Source: an uncultured Roseovarius sp.
GTDB lineage: Bacteria; Pseudomonadota; Alphaproteobacteria; Rhodobacterales; Rhodobacteraceae
Length of the DNA stretch: 64,000 bases
Reading direction: 5' to 3'
Assembly: GCA_947503145.1 (NCBI GenBank)
Contig: CANNCP010000002.1
Span: 404,367 to 468,366, forward strand
Shown: positions 1-9,933 of the stretch, piece after piece
How positions within the stretch are numbered: the first letter of the stretch is position 1
How the letters are laid out: every line of letters starts with the position of its first letter
Notes under the pieces: generated by a model
What the model saw: only the letters and a program-made list of their open reading frames with translations
Database searches by the model: none
What the model was told of the DNA's origin: nothing
Made by a program: the position numbers and the translations under genes

Positions 1-25
1 GCAGCGAGGTGCATAGCCTGCTGGC

Positions 26-796
26 ATGATCTGCCGTATTGCCCTTGTTCTGATTCTGGTCGCCCTGCCCGCCACGGCACAGGATATCTGGGTGCTGGGC
101 GAAGTGCATGACAACCCCGGACACCACCGCGTGCAAACCGAGATGACCCTTGGGATCGCGCCCGCCGCGCTGGTGTTCGAGATGCTGACCCCCGATCAGG
201 CGCGCGCGGCATTGCCCGCGCTGCGCGGTGACGGTGACGGCCAGGCGTTGGCAGAGGCGCTGGGCTGGGCCGATAGTGGCTGGCCCGATTTCAGGTTCTA
301 TCATCCGATCTTTGCCGCAGCTCCTGCGGTGCCGGTCTATGGCGCAGGCGTGCCACGAGCCACGGCGCGGACCGCGGCGGCGGGTGATATTGCCGCGATA
401 TTTGGCCCCGACGCCGCCGATTTCGGCCTGACCGCCCCCCTGCCCGCCGCCGAGCAGAGCGCACGCGAGGCGGCGCAGATGGCTGCGCATTGCGATGCGC
501 TGCCCGCCGAGATGCTGCCCCGTATGGTGGCGACCCAGCGGCTGCGCGATGCCTCATTGGCACGCGCCGCACTGCACGCCTATCGCGATACCGGCGGGCC
601 GGTGGTGGTGATCACAGGCAATGGCCATGCGCGGCGCGACCGGGGCGCACCGGCATTGCTGACGCACGCCGCGCCGGAACTGGAGATCTACGCGCTGGGC
701 CAGGGCGAGGACGGCACCCCACCCGACGGCGTGTTCGACGCGCTGCGCGACGCGCCAGCGCCGGAACGCGCCGATCCCTGCGAGGCGTTCCGATGA
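26..796 (+). CDS. ChaN-family (haem-uptake/iron-regulated) lipoprotein-like protein
   Basis: Signal peptide, then LGEVHDNPGHH; later motifs QRLRDASLA and VITGNGHARRD match the ChaN/EreA-like family. Confidence 0.75.
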   Translation: MICRIALVLILVALPATAQDIWVLGEVHDNPGHHRVQTEMTLGIAPAALVFEMLTPDQARAALPALRGDGDGQALAEALGWADSGWPDFRFYHPIFAAAPAVPVYGAGVPRATARTAAAGDIAAIFGPDAADFGLTAPLPAAEQSAREAAQMAAHCDALPAEMLPRMVATQRLRDASLARAALHAYRDTGGPVVVITGNGHARRDRGAPALLTHAAPELEIYALGQGEDGTPPDGVFDALRDAPAPERADPCEAFR

Positions 797-898
797 CCCT
801 CCTTGCGCCCTTGCGGGCGCGCCTCGGGGCGCGGCTTGCTCTTGTCTCTGGCCGGGTGCGCGCCTAGTCTCGGGCGGGTATCGCAAGGAACCCACCAC

Positions 899-2092
899 AT
901 GCTGGCCTCGAAAAACATTCTATTGATCATCGGCGGCGGCATCGCCGCATTCAAGGCGCTGGACCTGATCCGCCGGTTGCGCGAGCGCGGCGCGGCGGTG
1001 ACGCCGGTCCTGACGCGGGCGGGGGCGGAGTTCGTCACGCCGCTGTCGGTCTCGGCGTTGGCCGGGCGCAAGGTGTTCGGGGACCTGTTTGATCTGACCG
1101 ACGAGGCCGAAATGGGCCATATCGAGCTGAGCCGCAGTGCCGATCTGATCGTCGTGGCACCTGCCACCGCCGATCTGATGGCCAGAATGGCGCAGGGGCA
1201 TGCGGACGATCTGGCCTCGACCCTGCTGCTGGCCACCGACACGCCTGTTCTGGTCGCTCCGGCGATGAACGTGCGCATGTGGCAGCACGCGGCGACACAG
1301 CGCAACATTGCCGTGCTGCGCGGCGACGGGATCGGGTTTGTTGGCCCCAATGACGGCGATATGGCCTGCGGCGAACATGGTCCCGGCCGCATGGCGGAGC
1401 CGCTGGAGATCGTGACGGCGATCGAGGCGGCGCTGGCGGACGGGCCGCTGCGCGGCAAGCGGGTGCTGGTGACCTCTGGCCCGACACATGAGCCGATTGA
1501 TCCGGTGCGCTACATCGCCAACCGATCCTCGGGCGCGCAGGGCACCACGCTGGCGCAAGCGCTGGCCGCATTGGGGGCCGAGGTGGTGTTCGTGACCGGC
1601 CCGGCCGACGTGCCGCCACCCGACGGGGTTGAGGTGCACCGGGTCGAAACGGCGCAAGAGATGCTGGAGGCGGTAAAGGCCGCGCTGCCGGTCGATGCGG
1701 CGATCTTTGCCGCCGCTGTCGCGGACTGGCGGGTGGTCAGCGCGAGTGCTTCGAAGATGAAGAAGACCAAGGGCGGGCTGCCGCAGCTCGACCTGGCCGA
1801 GAACCCCGATATCCTGGCACATGTGGCACAGATGCCCCAAGGGCGGCCCGCGCTGGTCGTGGGCTTTGCCGCCGAAACGGATGATGTGGTGGAAAATGCC
1901 ACTGCCAAGCGGGCGCGCAAGGGCTGTGACTGGATCGTGGCCAATGATGTGAGCGCCGCGACCGGCATCATGGGCGGAACCGAGAATGCCGTGACCCTGA
2001 TCAACGCGGCGGGCGCCGAGGACTGGCCGCGCATGGGCAAGCGCGAGGTGGCGGCGCGACTGGCTGAGCGGATCGCGCAGGCGCTGGCGTAG
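899..2092 (+). CDS. coaBC: Bifunctional phosphopantothenoylcysteine decarboxylase/ligase
   Basis: ILLIIGGGIAAFKA, PATADLMA, PAMNVRMW, TSGPTHEPIDPVRYIANRSSG, GFAAET. Start moved to the ATG at 899. Confidence 0.95.
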   Translation: MLASKNILLIIGGGIAAFKALDLIRRLRERGAAVTPVLTRAGAEFVTPLSVSALAGRKVFGDLFDLTDEAEMGHIELSRSADLIVVAPATADLMARMAQGHADDLASTLLLATDTPVLVAPAMNVRMWQHAATQRNIAVLRGDGIGFVGPNDGDMACGEHGPGRMAEPLEIVTAIEAALADGPLRGKRVLVTSGPTHEPIDPVRYIANRSSGAQGTTLAQALAALGAEVVFVTGPADVPPPDGVEVHRVETAQEMLEAVKAALPVDAAIFAAAVADWRVVSASASKMKKTKGGLPQLDLAENPDILAHVAQMPQGRPALVVGFAAETDDVVENATAKRARKGCDWIVANDVSAATGIMGGTENAVTLINAAGAEDWPRMGKREVAARLAERIAQALA

Positions 2093-2097
2093 CAATT

Positions 2098-2122
2098 GAG
2101 TATTTTTGGAAAAATGAAAGGG
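2098..2122 (-). repeat. AT-rich intergenic motif CCCTTTCATTTTTCCAAAAATACTC
   Basis: Related copies at 7145-7169, 9900-9927, 34966-34990 and 56682-56714. Confidence 0.55.
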
Positions 2123-2285
2123 CTGGGGATGGTCTGTTGTCCGGGAGGACGGGGCCGGTCTTGATGCGCCTTGTTTACGACAATCCGGCGCAAGGCGAAA
2201 CGCCCACAACCACTGAGAGGGAGTGAGCCTTTTGCGGCTTCCCTGATACAGGAAAAACGCAAAAGGCTTTGACAGGAGAGCAGGA

Positions 2286-2741
2286 ATGCAGATCAAGGTT
2301 CTGGACCCGAGGGTGTTTGATTGGGGGCTGCCACGTTTTCAGACGGAGAGGGCCGCTGCCGTGGACCTGTTTGCCTGTGTGGATGATGTTGTCCGGGTTC
2401 TGGCACAGGAGGCGGCTATTCTTGTGAAGTCCGGGATTGCGATCTCCTTTGGTGATCTGTCGGTGGCGGGCCTTGTGCTGCCGAGGTCTGGGCTGGGGCA
2501 CAAGAAGGGCCTTGTGCTGGGAAACACGGTCGGTTTGATCGACCCGGATTATTCTGGCGAGATCCTGATCAGCGTCTGGAACCGTAATCCGCCGGGCTCT
2601 GCGCCAATCGAGATCCATGCCGGAGAGCGCATTGGCCAGTTGGTCTTTGTTCCGGTTGTCCGGCCGTTGTTCGAGGTGGTCGATGAATTCGGGCAGCAGA
2701 CCGAGCGCGGCGCGGGGGGGTTCGGCTCGACCGGGAGCTGA
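2286..2741 (+). CDS. dut: dUTP diphosphatase (trimeric dUTPase)
   Basis: [28 protein letters not shown] and C-terminal [10 protein letters not shown]; downstream of coaBC. Confidence 0.93.
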   Translation: [151 protein letters not shown]

Positions 2742-2779
2742 GCAGGCTTGGGCGATCCGAAAGGGGCGCACTGCGCGCC

Positions 2780-3628
2780 TCAGAGCTGCGCCGCGCCGAA
2801 CGTATCACACCGCTCGACGCGTCCGCTGTTGTAGCCGGTGGCGAACCAGCGCGCGCGCTGTTTCGACGTGCCGTGAGTGAACGTATGGGGTTGCGGCACC
2901 TGGCCTGCGCTCTTTTGCAGATGATCGTCGCCGATCTTGCGCGCGGCATTCAGCGCCTCCTCGATATCGCCCGGCTGCAGCAGGCCCTCGACCATGGAAG
3001 CCCAGACGCCCGACATGCAGTCGGCCTGAAGCTCCAGCCGCACGGTCAGCGCATTGGCCTCTACCTGGCTCGCCTTTTGGCGGCGCGCGTTCACCTCGGG
3101 CAGGATGCCCAGCTGGTTCTGGACATGGTGGGCGACCTCATGAGCGATCACATAGGCTGCGGCAAAATCGCCGCGCGCCCCCAATTGGCGCGACAGCGTG
3201 ACAAAGAAATCGGTATCGAGATAGGCCTTGCTGTCGGCCGGACAGTAGAACGGCCCGGTGGCACCGGAAGCACCGCCGCAGGGGCTGTGCGTCGTGCCTG
3301 AAAAGAGGACCAGCACGGGTGGGACATATTCGAGCCCAAGCTGATCGGCAAAGATATCCTCCCAGACCGTTTCCGTGGTCGCCAGAACGCGCGACGAGAA
3401 CTGTGCCGCCTGCTGCTCTTGCGCGCTCAACTCGCGCGGGGCGCGGTCCTGGCCCGAGGGTGCTGCCCCCTGCAGCAGGGGTGTTACGTCTATCCCGGCA
3501 AAGTATCCGATGGCCAGCACGACCAGCAGACCGACACCGCCAATACCGCCCGCCGCACGCCTGCCCCCGCCCGAGCGACGTCGCCGGTCTTCGACATTCC
3601 GGCTGCCACGTATCCCTCTTAAACGCAT
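2780..3628 (-). CDS. Neutral zinc metallopeptidase (YpfJ-like)
   Basis: NVEDRR N-terminus, one TM segment, GPFYCPAD, zinc motif AHEVAHH, ELQADC, HGTSKQR. Confidence 0.88.
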   Translation of the reverse strand: MRLRGIRGSRNVEDRRRRSGGGRRAAGGIGGVGLLVVLAIGYFAGIDVTPLLQGAAPSGQDRAPRELSAQEQQAAQFSSRVLATTETVWEDIFADQLGLEYVPPVLVLFSGTTHSPCGGASGATGPFYCPADSKAYLDTDFFVTLSRQLGARGDFAAAYVIAHEVAHHVQNQLGILPEVNARRQKASQVEANALTVRLELQADCMSGVWASMVEGLLQPGDIEEALNAARKIGDDHLQKSAGQVPQPHTFTHGTSKQRARWFATGYNSGRVERCDTFGAAQL

Positions 3629-3888
3629 GCCTCACCCTATTGACTGGCCCATCCGGGCGATTATACCCATCTGCATATCAAAGACATAAGCAATTTTTGG
3701 CGGATCTGGTGCCGAACGCGCGTGAAAGATCGCGCCGGCAGCCGCCACCTGCGGGATTTCACCCGCGCCTGATTGTCATATTCCAGCGGTTTTTTCCCGA
3801 CAGTATGACAGACATTCATTGTCCGCTTTGGGAAAAGGCATCATTTTCGTGTCCTTCTCCTTACCGGCGAGCCATTCTGGAAGACCTC

Positions 3889-5154
3889 ATGAAGCCGAAA
3901 ATCCTGACCACGCTCAAGACGTATCACCGCCAGGAGTTCATCGACGATCTGATGGCGGGCGTGACCGTTGCGATGGTTGCCCTGCCCCTCAGCCTCGCCA
4001 TCGCCATCGCCTCGGGCGCGGGGCCGGAAAAGGGATTGGTGACGGCCATCGTCGCGGGGTTTCTCATCTCGTTTCTTGGTGGAAGTCGGGTGCAGATCGG
4101 CGGGCCGACGGGTGCGTTCATTGTCGTCGTCTTTGGAGTCATCGCGGAATATGGGTATGACGGGCTTGTGCTGGCGACATTCATGGCCGGGCTCATCATG
4201 CTGGCCGCTGGATATCTGCGCGCCGGCAATCTGGTCGCCTATGTGCCCGAGCCGGTCATCAACGGGTTCACCATCGGGATCGGGATCATCATCGCGACAA
4301 GCCAGATCAAGGATCTGCTCGGCCTGTCGGTCGCGAACGTCCCCGCCGAATTCATCGCAAAGGTCGAGGTCCTGTGGGGCGCGCGCGCCTCGCTGAGTTT
4401 TCCGACGCTCGGGATCGGGCTTGCGACGATGGTCGTGATTATCGGGTTACGCAGGCTCGCCCCCAGATTTCCGGGGCTGATCGTCGCCGTGGGCCTGGCA
4501 TCGGCTGTTGTCGCACTGACGGCCCTGCCGGTTGATACGATCTTTTCCCGGTTTGGCGCACTCCCCAGCACGCTGCCAATGCCTGCGTTTCCCGAAATCA
4601 GTTTGGCGCGGGTCGTGGAATTGCTTCCTTCGGCCCTGGTCATTGCCTTTCTTGCAAGCATCGAATCGCTGCTGTCCGCAATGGTCGCCGACCGGATGAT
4701 CGGCGGTCGTCACCGGCCCAATGCCGAGGTTCTGGCGCAAGGCTTTGCCAATATCGGATCGGCCCTGTTTGGCGGGCTTCCGGCAACCGGCGCGATTGCG
4801 CGCACGGCCACGAATGTCCGCGCAGGCGGGAAAACACCTGTTGCCGGTATCGTTCATGCGCTGACGATCCTGTTGATCATGATGCTGGCCGCACCCCTCG
4901 CGGGCTATCTGGCCATGCCTGCACTTGCCGGGTTGCTGATCCTGACCGCCTGGAACATGAGCGAGCCACACAAGTGGCGCGGATACATGCAGCAGCGCAG
5001 TTCGGATCAGGTCTTGTTGCTGTTGACGATGGCTCTGACGGTGTTTGCGGATCTGACCGTCGCCATCGGTGTGGGCGTTTCCATCGGCCTTGCCCTGCGT
5101 CTGCGTCGGCATAATGCGGGCATGGAGAAGGACTGGGAGGCGCCAGACCGCTGA
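3889..5154 (+). CDS. SulP/SLC26 anion transporter without a STAS domain
   Basis: DLMAGVTVAMVALPLSLAIA, GGSRVQIGGPTGAF, GGLPATGAIART; ends about 17 aa after the last TM helix. Start set at the ATG at 3889. Confidence 0.9.
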   Translation: MKPKILTTLKTYHRQEFIDDLMAGVTVAMVALPLSLAIAIASGAGPEKGLVTAIVAGFLISFLGGSRVQIGGPTGAFIVVVFGVIAEYGYDGLVLATFMAGLIMLAAGYLRAGNLVAYVPEPVINGFTIGIGIIIATSQIKDLLGLSVANVPAEFIAKVEVLWGARASLSFPTLGIGLATMVVIIGLRRLAPRFPGLIVAVGLASAVVALTALPVDTIFSRFGALPSTLPMPAFPEISLARVVELLPSALVIAFLASIESLLSAMVADRMIGGRHRPNAEVLAQGFANIGSALFGGLPATGAIARTATNVRAGGKTPVAGIVHALTILLIMMLAAPLAGYLAMPALAGLLILTAWNMSEPHKWRGYMQQRSSDQVLLLLTMALTVFADLTVAIGVGVSIGLALRLRRHNAGMEKDWEAPDR

Positions 5155-5294
5155 ACCGGGCACCGCCAATAGGGTGGGCGAGACCGGCGGCGCCCCTCTT
5201 TGCCACCGGTCGCAATTTGCATGCCCGTGCCGCCTGCCGCGCTCCTCGTGTATGACCACCGCGCGATTGTTGCGCAGGAAAGTTGCCGGGACGG

Positions 5295-5323
5295 TGGACC
5301 TCGCCACGCGCCGCGCCTACTCT
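5295..5323 (+). promoter_or_regulatory. Putative sigma70 promoter of dnaX
   Basis: TGGACC, 17 nt spacer, TACTCT, about 35 nt before the dnaX ATG. Confidence 0.4.
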
Positions 5324-5358
5324 TGGGTTGACCCGAATCCTCCCATACGCAGGCCCGC

Positions 5359-7125
5359 ATGACTGACACCCCAACCACCGGCTACCGCGTTCTGGCCCGC
5401 AAGTACCGGCCCGAGACCTTTGCCGATCTGGTCGGACAGGACGCGATGGTGCGCACGCTGAAGAACGCGTTTCAGGCGGACCGCATCGCGCAGGCCTTTA
5501 TCCTGACCGGCATCCGCGGCACCGGCAAGACATCCACGGCGCGGATCATCGCCAAGGGCATCAATTGCATCGGCACAGATGGCACCGGCGACCCCACGAC
5601 CGAACCCTGCGGCGTATGCGAACATTGCACCGCGATCATGGAGGGGCGGCATGTCGATGTGATGGAGATGGACGCAGCCTCGCGCACCGGGGTCGGCGAC
5701 ATCCGCGAAATCATCGATTCCGTTGCCTACCGTGCCGCCTCGGCACGTTACAAGATCTACATCATCGACGAAGTGCACATGCTCAGCACCTCGGCCTTCA
5801 ACGCCCTGTTGAAGACGCTGGAGGAACCGCCCGAGCATGTAAAATTCATCTTTGCCACCACCGAGATACGCAAGGTGCCGGTCACCGTTCTCAGTCGCTG
5901 CCAGCGCTTCGACCTGCGCCGGATCGAGCCCGAGGTGATGATCGCGCTGATGCAACGGATCGCCGCCGCCGAAGGCACCGAGATCACGGATGACGCGCTG
6001 GCACTGATCACCCGCGCCGCCGAAGGCTCGGCCCGCGATGCCACATCGCTCCTGGATCAGGCAATCAGCCACGGCGCAGGCGAAACGACAGCCGATCAGG
6101 TGCGCGCGATGCTGGGGCTGGCCGACCGGGGCCGGGTCCTGGACCTGTTCGATCTGATCATGAAGGGCGACGCGGCCGGCGCGCTGACCGAACTGGGTGC
6201 GCAATATGCCGAAGGGGCGGACCCCGTTGCCGTGCTGCGCGATCTGGCCGAGATCACCCACTGGATCAGCGTCGTCAAGATCACGCCCGAAGCCGCCGAA
6301 GACCCCACGATCAGCCCCGATGAACGCCTGCGCGGCACGCAGATGGCGGACACGCTGCCGATGCGGATCATGAGCCGCATGTGGCAGATGCTGCTCAAGG
6401 CGCTGGAGGAAGTGTCCGCCGCGCCCAACGCGATGATGGCCGCCGAGATGGCGGTGATCCGCCTCACGCATGTGGCCGACCTGCCCAGCCCCGAAGAGCT
6501 TTTGCGCAAATTGCAGGATACGCCGCCACCACCCGCACCCGGCCCCGCACCGGTGCAAGGCGGCGGTGCGTCCGGGCCTTCGGGCCACGCAGCCCCCCCC
6601 GCATCTGGCCGGCCGGATGGCCCCGCTGGCGGCCACACAGCGGCAGGCCCGTCCGGTCAGACGCTGGCGCTGGCTGCCGATCAGGCGCTGGCGCAGTATC
6701 CCACCTTTGCGCATGTGGTCGATCTGATCCGCGCCAACCGCGACGTCAAGCTGCTGGTCGAGGTCGAAACCTGCCTGCAACTCGCCGCCTACCAGCCCGG
6801 CCGGATCGAATTCGTACCCACCGAAGACGCCCCTGCCGACCTCGCGCAGCGCCTTGGCGGTGCGCTTCAGCGCTGGACCGGCAACCGCTGGGCAGTCAGC
6901 ATCGTGAACGCCGGCGGGGCCGACACGATCGCCATGACCCGCGATGCCGCGGATCTGGCGCTCAAGGCCGAGGCCCGCGAACATCCGCTGGTGCAGGCGG
7001 TGATATCGGTCTTTCCCCGCGCGCATATCCTCAGTATCCGTACCCCCGCCGATCTGGTTCAGGAGGCACAGACAGAAGCCCTGCCCGAAGTGGACGAGGA
7101 ATGGGACCCTTTCGAAGAGGGCTGA
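5359..7125 (+). CDS. dnaX: DNA polymerase III subunit gamma/tau
   Basis: YRVLARKYRP, Walker A GIRGTGKT, CGVCEHC zinc site, DEVH, SRC motif, DEEWDPF tail. Confidence 0.97.
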   Translation: MTDTPTTGYRVLARKYRPETFADLVGQDAMVRTLKNAFQADRIAQAFILTGIRGTGKTSTARIIAKGINCIGTDGTGDPTTEPCGVCEHCTAIMEGRHVDVMEMDAASRTGVGDIREIIDSVAYRAASARYKIYIIDEVHMLSTSAFNALLKTLEEPPEHVKFIFATTEIRKVPVTVLSRCQRFDLRRIEPEVMIALMQRIAAAEGTEITDDALALITRAAEGSARDATSLLDQAISHGAGETTADQVRAMLGLADRGRVLDLFDLIMKGDAAGALTELGAQYAEGADPVAVLRDLAEITHWISVVKITPEAAEDPTISPDERLRGTQMADTLPMRIMSRMWQMLLKALEEVSAAPNAMMAAEMAVIRLTHVADLPSPEELLRKLQDTPPPPAPGPAPVQGGGASGPSGHAAPPASGRPDGPAGGHTAAGPSGQTLALAADQALAQYPTFAHVVDLIRANRDVKLLVEVETCLQLAAYQPGRIEFVPTEDAPADLAQRLGGALQRWTGNRWAVSIVNAGGADTIAMTRDAADLALKAEAREHPLVQAVISVFPRAHILSIRTPADLVQEAQTEALPEVDEEWDPFEEG

Positions 7126-7144
7126 TACCCGTCCCCCCTGCCCT

Positions 7145-7169
7145 CCCCTTCATTTTTCCACAAATACTC
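7145..7169 (+). repeat. AT-rich intergenic motif copy, followed by a GC-rich hairpin
   Basis: CCCCTTCATTTTTCCACAAATACTC, nearly identical to the reverse complement of 2098-2122. Confidence 0.55.
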
Positions 7170-7271
7170 CGGGGGGTCCGGGGGCCGCGCCCCCGGGGGT
7201 CCGCCCTTGTACGTCGCCCCAGCCGCACGTATCTAGAAGAACAACACACGCAACCCGACCGGAGGAAGAGC

Positions 7272-7616
7272 ATGTTCAAGGGACTGGGCCAGATGGGCGA
7301 CATGGCCAAGATGATGAAAGCCGCGCAGGAAATGCAGACCAAGATGGCCGAGCTGCAAGAGGAAATGCATACCCTGACCGTCACCGGGATCAGTGGCGCG
7401 GGTCTGGTCAAAGCCGTGGCCACCTGCAAGGGCGAACTCAAGAGTCTCGATATCGATCCCAGCATCTTTTCCAGCGATGACAAGGAAGTGGTCGAGGACC
7501 TGATCCTCGCCGCGATCAAGGACGCCCAGGGCAAGGCCTCGGAGCGTGCGCAGGAAGAAATGGGCAAACTGACCGAAGGCATGGGCTTGCCCAAGGACAT
7601 GAAGCTGCCTTTCTGA
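7272..7616 (+). CDS. ybaB: YbaB/EbfC nucleoid-associated protein
   Basis: MMKAAQEMQ...GAGLVKAV...[11 protein letters not shown]; GGAGG RBS; lies between dnaX and recR. Confidence 0.93.
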   Translation: MFKGLGQMGDMAKMMKAAQEMQTKMAELQEEMHTLTVTGISGAGLVKAVATCKGELKSLDIDPSIFSSDDKEVVEDLILAAIKDAQGKASERAQEEMGKLTEGMGLPKDMKLPF

Positions 7617-7668
7617 TCACCTCTCCCGCCCCGGACCTGATCCGGGGCCTCGCAGCCCGGAGCCTGCC

Positions 7669-8262
7669 TTGAGTTCCACCCGCGACATCGACGCCCTGAT
7701 TGAGATGATGGCCAAGCTGCCCGGCCTCGGGCCGCGTTCGGCCCGACGCGCGGTGTTGCACCTGATCCGCAAGCGCGAGCTGAAACTGACGCCGCTGGCC
7801 GACCTGATGCAGGCCGTCGCCGCCACTGCGCGCGAATGCGTGCGCTGCGGCAATATCGGCTCGGCGGAGATCTGCGATATCTGCCTCGCGCCGAAACGCG
7901 CCAACGGCATTCTTTGCGTGGTCGAGGACGTGGCCGACCTCTGGGCGATGGAGCGCGCGCTCGTGTTCAAGGGGCGCTACCATGTGCTCGGCGGCACGCT
8001 CAGCGCGCTGGATCAGGTGGGGCCGGAACAGTTGCGCATTCCGCAACTCATCGCGCGGATCGAGGCCGAGGGGATCACCGAAGTGATCCTGGCCCTGGGC
8101 GCCACTATCGACGGCCAGACCACAGCCCACTACATCGCCGACCAGGTCGAAGACAATGTGCAGCTGACCTCGCTGGCGCAAGGCGTGCCCATCGGCGGCG
8201 AGCTGGACTATCTCGACGAAGGGACGATCACGGCGGCAATGAATGCGCGCAAACAGCTTTGA
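7669..8262 (+). CDS. recR: Recombination mediator RecR
   Basis: [12 protein letters not shown]4 zinc finger, Toprim [16 protein letters not shown]; TTG start. Confidence 0.96.
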   Translation: MSSTRDIDALIEMMAKLPGLGPRSARRAVLHLIRKRELKLTPLADLMQAVAATARECVRCGNIGSAEICDICLAPKRANGILCVVEDVADLWAMERALVFKGRYHVLGGTLSALDQVGPEQLRIPQLIARIEAEGITEVILALGATIDGQTTAHYIADQVEDNVQLTSLAQGVPIGGELDYLDEGTITAAMNARKQL

Positions 8263-8276
8263 GGCGAAATTCTGAG

Positions 8277-8334
8277 CAGATAAGGCGTTTCGCGTTCAAT
8301 CCGTGAACCGGATCGAACGCGCGCACCTTATCTG
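8277..8334. terminator. Long imperfect palindrome between convergent recR and the DUF1013 gene
   Basis: CAGATAAGG...CGCGTTC-AATCCG-TGAA-CCGGATC-GAACGCG...CCTTATCTG; no U-tract. Confidence 0.45.
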
Positions 8335-8337
8335 TCC

Positions 8338-9090
8338 TTATCTGCTCTTGTCGTCTTCGTCCTCGTCATCTTCGTCCGCGTCGTCGGGCAGGTTGAACAG
8401 GCTATCGGCGCTGAAGTGCTTTTCCACCGGCTCCGGTTCGCTGAGCGTGAAGGTTTCCAGCCCCTCGATCGCGGACGGGATCTTGGTTTCGGGGTCCATG
8501 CCGAGGCTCTGCTCGGTGCTCAGCAGCTTGCGCCGCTCCTCATCGGTCATCGGACCACCTTCGCGGACCTTCTTGGCGGCGGCCTTCTGCACGGCGGCAT
8601 CCAGCTCGGACTGCTTGCACAGGCCCAGCGCCACCGGGTCGATCGGCTGGATGTTCGCAATGTTCCAGTGGGTGCGCTCGCGAATCGCCTGAATCGTCGG
8701 TTTGGTGGTACCCACCAGCTTGGAAATCTGGCTGTCGGCCAGTTCGGGGTGGAACTTGACGAGCCACAGGATCGACGCGGGGCGGTCCTGGCGTTTGCTC
8801 AGCGGGGTGTAGCGCGGGCCACGGCGCTTTTCCTCGCCCACCGCAGAAGCGTTGAACTTCAGCTTGAGCTTGTGCGTCGGGTTCTTTTCGGCGGTGTCGA
8901 GCTCTTCCTGGGTCAACTGGTTGTTGGCGACGGGGTCGAAGCCTTTGACGCCGGCAGCCACATCGCCATCGGCGATGCCCTGCACTTCGAGCTCGTGCAT
9001 TTCAGTGAAATCCGCGATCTGCTTGAAGCTGAGTGTAGTGTTGTCCACCAGCCAGACGGCGGTGGCTCTGGCCATGAGCGGTTTTGCCAT
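8338..9090 (-). CDS. DUF1013 domain protein (conserved in alphaproteobacteria)
   Basis: KPLMARATAVWLVDNTTLSFKQIA, RYTPLSKRQDRP, HWNIANIQP, acidic tail. Confidence 0.85.
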   Translation of the reverse strand: MAKPLMARATAVWLVDNTTLSFKQIADFTEMHELEVQGIADGDVAAGVKGFDPVANNQLTQEELDTAEKNPTHKLKLKFNASAVGEEKRRGPRYTPLSKRQDRPASILWLVKFHPELADSQISKLVGTTKPTIQAIRERTHWNIANIQPIDPVALGLCKQSELDAAVQKAAAKKVREGGPMTDEERRKLLSTEQSLGMDPETKIPSAIEGLETFTLSEPEPVEKHFSADSLFNLPDDADEDDEDEDDKSR

Positions 9091-9239
9091 TGTCTTGTCT
9101 CCTTGGTCTTTTGGGGCGCACACACTTCTTCCCTGTCCCCTGTCTCCAGGGAGCCCGGGCCGGGGCCGGGGCGGGTTTCCGTTGTGGGGGAACTTGGGCG
9201 TTGTATAGTGACCTGCGGGGAAAAAAGAAAGACCGAAAA

Positions 9240-9869
9240 ATGCGCGCTTTGATCGCCCTTTTGTTCAGCACCGTGACGGCCCTCGCGGGCGAGGACCGCC
9301 CCGGAGAGTTCGATTACTACGTTCTGGCGATGAGCTGGTCGCCCACATGGTGCGCCATTGAAGGCGATGCGCGTGACGCGGCGCAATGCGACCCGGCCGC
9401 CGAGTCCGGCTGGGTGCTGCACGGGCTGTGGCCGCAACATCACCGGGGCTGGCCTGAGCACTGCCAATCCCCCGAACAGCCGCCGACGCGGACAATGACC
9501 AATGATATGGCTGATATCATGGGCAGTTCCGGCCTGGCCTGGTATCAGTGGAAGAAACACGGAGCTTGCTCGGGACTGAGTGCGTCCGGTTATTACGCGC
9601 TGGCCCGCAAGGCCTTTGACCAGGTGAACCGGCCGGAAGTGTTACGCAAGCTGACAAGGCCGGTGAAACTGCCCGCCTCGGTGATCGAGGAGGCGTTTTT
9701 GAAGGCCAATCCGGGCTGGGAGCGCGACATGCTGACCATCACCTGCCGCCAGGATCGCATTCACGAAGCGCGGTTGTGCCTGTCCAGATCGCTCGATCCG
9801 GTGCCGTGCGGACGCGACGTCGTGCGCGACTGCCGGGCGAAGGATGCGCTGTTTGATCCCATTCGGTGA
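9240..9869 (+). CDS. Ribonuclease T2 family
   Basis: FDYYVLAMSWSPTWC, WVLHGLWP (CAS I), WYQWKKHGAC (CAS II); signal peptide. Confidence 0.92.
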   Translation: MRALIALLFSTVTALAGEDRPGEFDYYVLAMSWSPTWCAIEGDARDAAQCDPAAESGWVLHGLWPQHHRGWPEHCQSPEQPPTRTMTNDMADIMGSSGLAWYQWKKHGACSGLSASGYYALARKAFDQVNRPEVLRKLTRPVKLPASVIEEAFLKANPGWERDMLTITCRQDRIHEARLCLSRSLDPVPCGRDVVRDCRAKDALFDPIR

Positions 9870-9933
9870 GGGGTGGTATCCGGGGCGCGCGCCGGAATTG
9901 GATATTTCTGGCAAGAAGAAGCAGGGGCTGTGC

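Noticed and set aside
793-867. 24-codon ORF MTLLAPLRARLGARL... overlapping the ChaN stop
   Set aside because: It is too short, has no recognisable motif, and such overlaps arise by chance in GC-rich DNA.
5270-5358. SRP RNA (ffs), often found upstream of dnaX
   Set aside because: GGACGGTGGACCTCGCC recalls the 5' part, but the diagnostic CAGGTCCGGAAGGAAGCAG core is absent on both strands here. The sequence fits a -35/-10 promoter better.
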